Shown in pieces: positions 63,053 through 64,000 of a stretch of 64,000 bases of DNA (within the stretch, counting starts at the first letter, position 1; each line of letters opens with the position of its first letter). Source of the stretch: Asterias rubens. Its lineage: Eukaryota. The stretch spans positions 16,430,001 through 16,494,000 of the forward strand of contig NC_047073.1 of NCBI RefSeq assembly GCF_902459465.1. The letters run 5' to 3'. Below the pieces are notes generated by a model. It made no database searches. It was not told the DNA's origin and saw nothing but the letters and a program-made list of their open reading frames with translations. The translations under genes and the position numbers were made by a program.

Positions 63053-64000
63053 CTGCAACAGGGAAGACAAATAAGAAGAGTAGGTAATTTGAGATGAGAT
63101 GAGGCTCTGGGATGAAAGATTTAATTGACTTGTGATGATGGAGGAGACATGAAGGCAGACACTTGCCCAGCGATAAAATAACTGATTAAATCAGGCCATG
63201 CTGTCCATGCACACAATTACCATGTTCATACAGACCAAGAGAAAATCCCATTTGAAACTGAACTCAGTATGTAGTGAGATGTACCACATTTTAAAACCAA
63301 ATGTCTGTCCAATTATTCATTTCAAATAACCAATAAGAGCAGTGTATGTTAATGCATCCTCAGTAGTGACTTTACATCACTTCAAAGAAACCTTCAACTT
63401 CCCAAATGAATTTAAAAACAGCATTGTATTTGAAAGATTTCCCTCGAAGGGATAAACTCCCCGTTTCATATCAACTGGATATTGCCAATAGGCAATGGAT
63501 ATTTCTCAATACCACACCTTCAAGGAGATGTTAATTCACCTCCCTGGGAGGTTTATTACGTGCTGTAAGTCGACACTTTGCGTAAACAATCAACTGAATT
63601 TAGGACTTGGGCCAAGCTATCTCAAATTGCTTAGCAGTCAATGGCTTGGAATTTAATGTTGACAGCATTTCAATAACATCATCATCAGAAATTATTACAC
63701 AATTGCATTTAAAGGGAAAGCACATCAGTGTGTTTGAAGAAGTAAATTATTTCCCATCCTGTAGTATTTAATAAACACATTTTACATGTACCCATTTTAA
63801 TCAAATTAAATGGTCATTAAAAAAAAATTAAAAAAAGCTTATGTATAGACAATTGTTAAATGGTTTTATAATCATATAGATTTTGCTATTCGGTCCATTC
63901 TGTAGTGTGTTAAAATAGTGGCAACTGAAATGATAATAATTTTATTTGTTTGACTATTTCTCATTGGACATAAATACAAGTACAGTTCATATTTGTGTAA

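Overview
AT-rich eukaryotic (metazoan) genomic DNA. The repeat families resemble an echinoderm/sea-star genome, which is an inference. Three spliced protein-coding genes were reconstructed exon by exon. (1) An 11-exon sorting nexin of the SNX7/SNX30 type on the minus strand (26236-40045, about 486 aa). (2) The SOSS complex subunit C gene INIP on the plus strand (40368-42509, 5 coding exons, 107 aa), head-to-head with the SNX gene with only about 320 bp between start codons, matching the human SNX30/INIP neighbourhood. (3) STK11/LKB1 on the minus strand (exons 2-9, 49262-63052; exon 1 lies beyond the window), whose intron 2 is a textbook U12-type AT-AC intron at the same position as in human STK11. 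An orphan spliced ORF starts at 19736 (minus), and its putative next exon is interrupted by a young hAT-type MITE with a perfect 8-bp TSD. SNX intron 6 holds a young, 5'-truncated Penelope-like retroelement (open RT-thumb plus GIY-YIG ORF, 11-bp TSD, hammerhead-like 3' motif). The rest is MITEs (TTAA/Kolobok-like, Harbinger-like, hAT-like), tRNA-derived SINEs, LINE tails, tandem repeats, decayed coding fossils and a 150-N gap. There are no prokaryotic features or CRISPR arrays.
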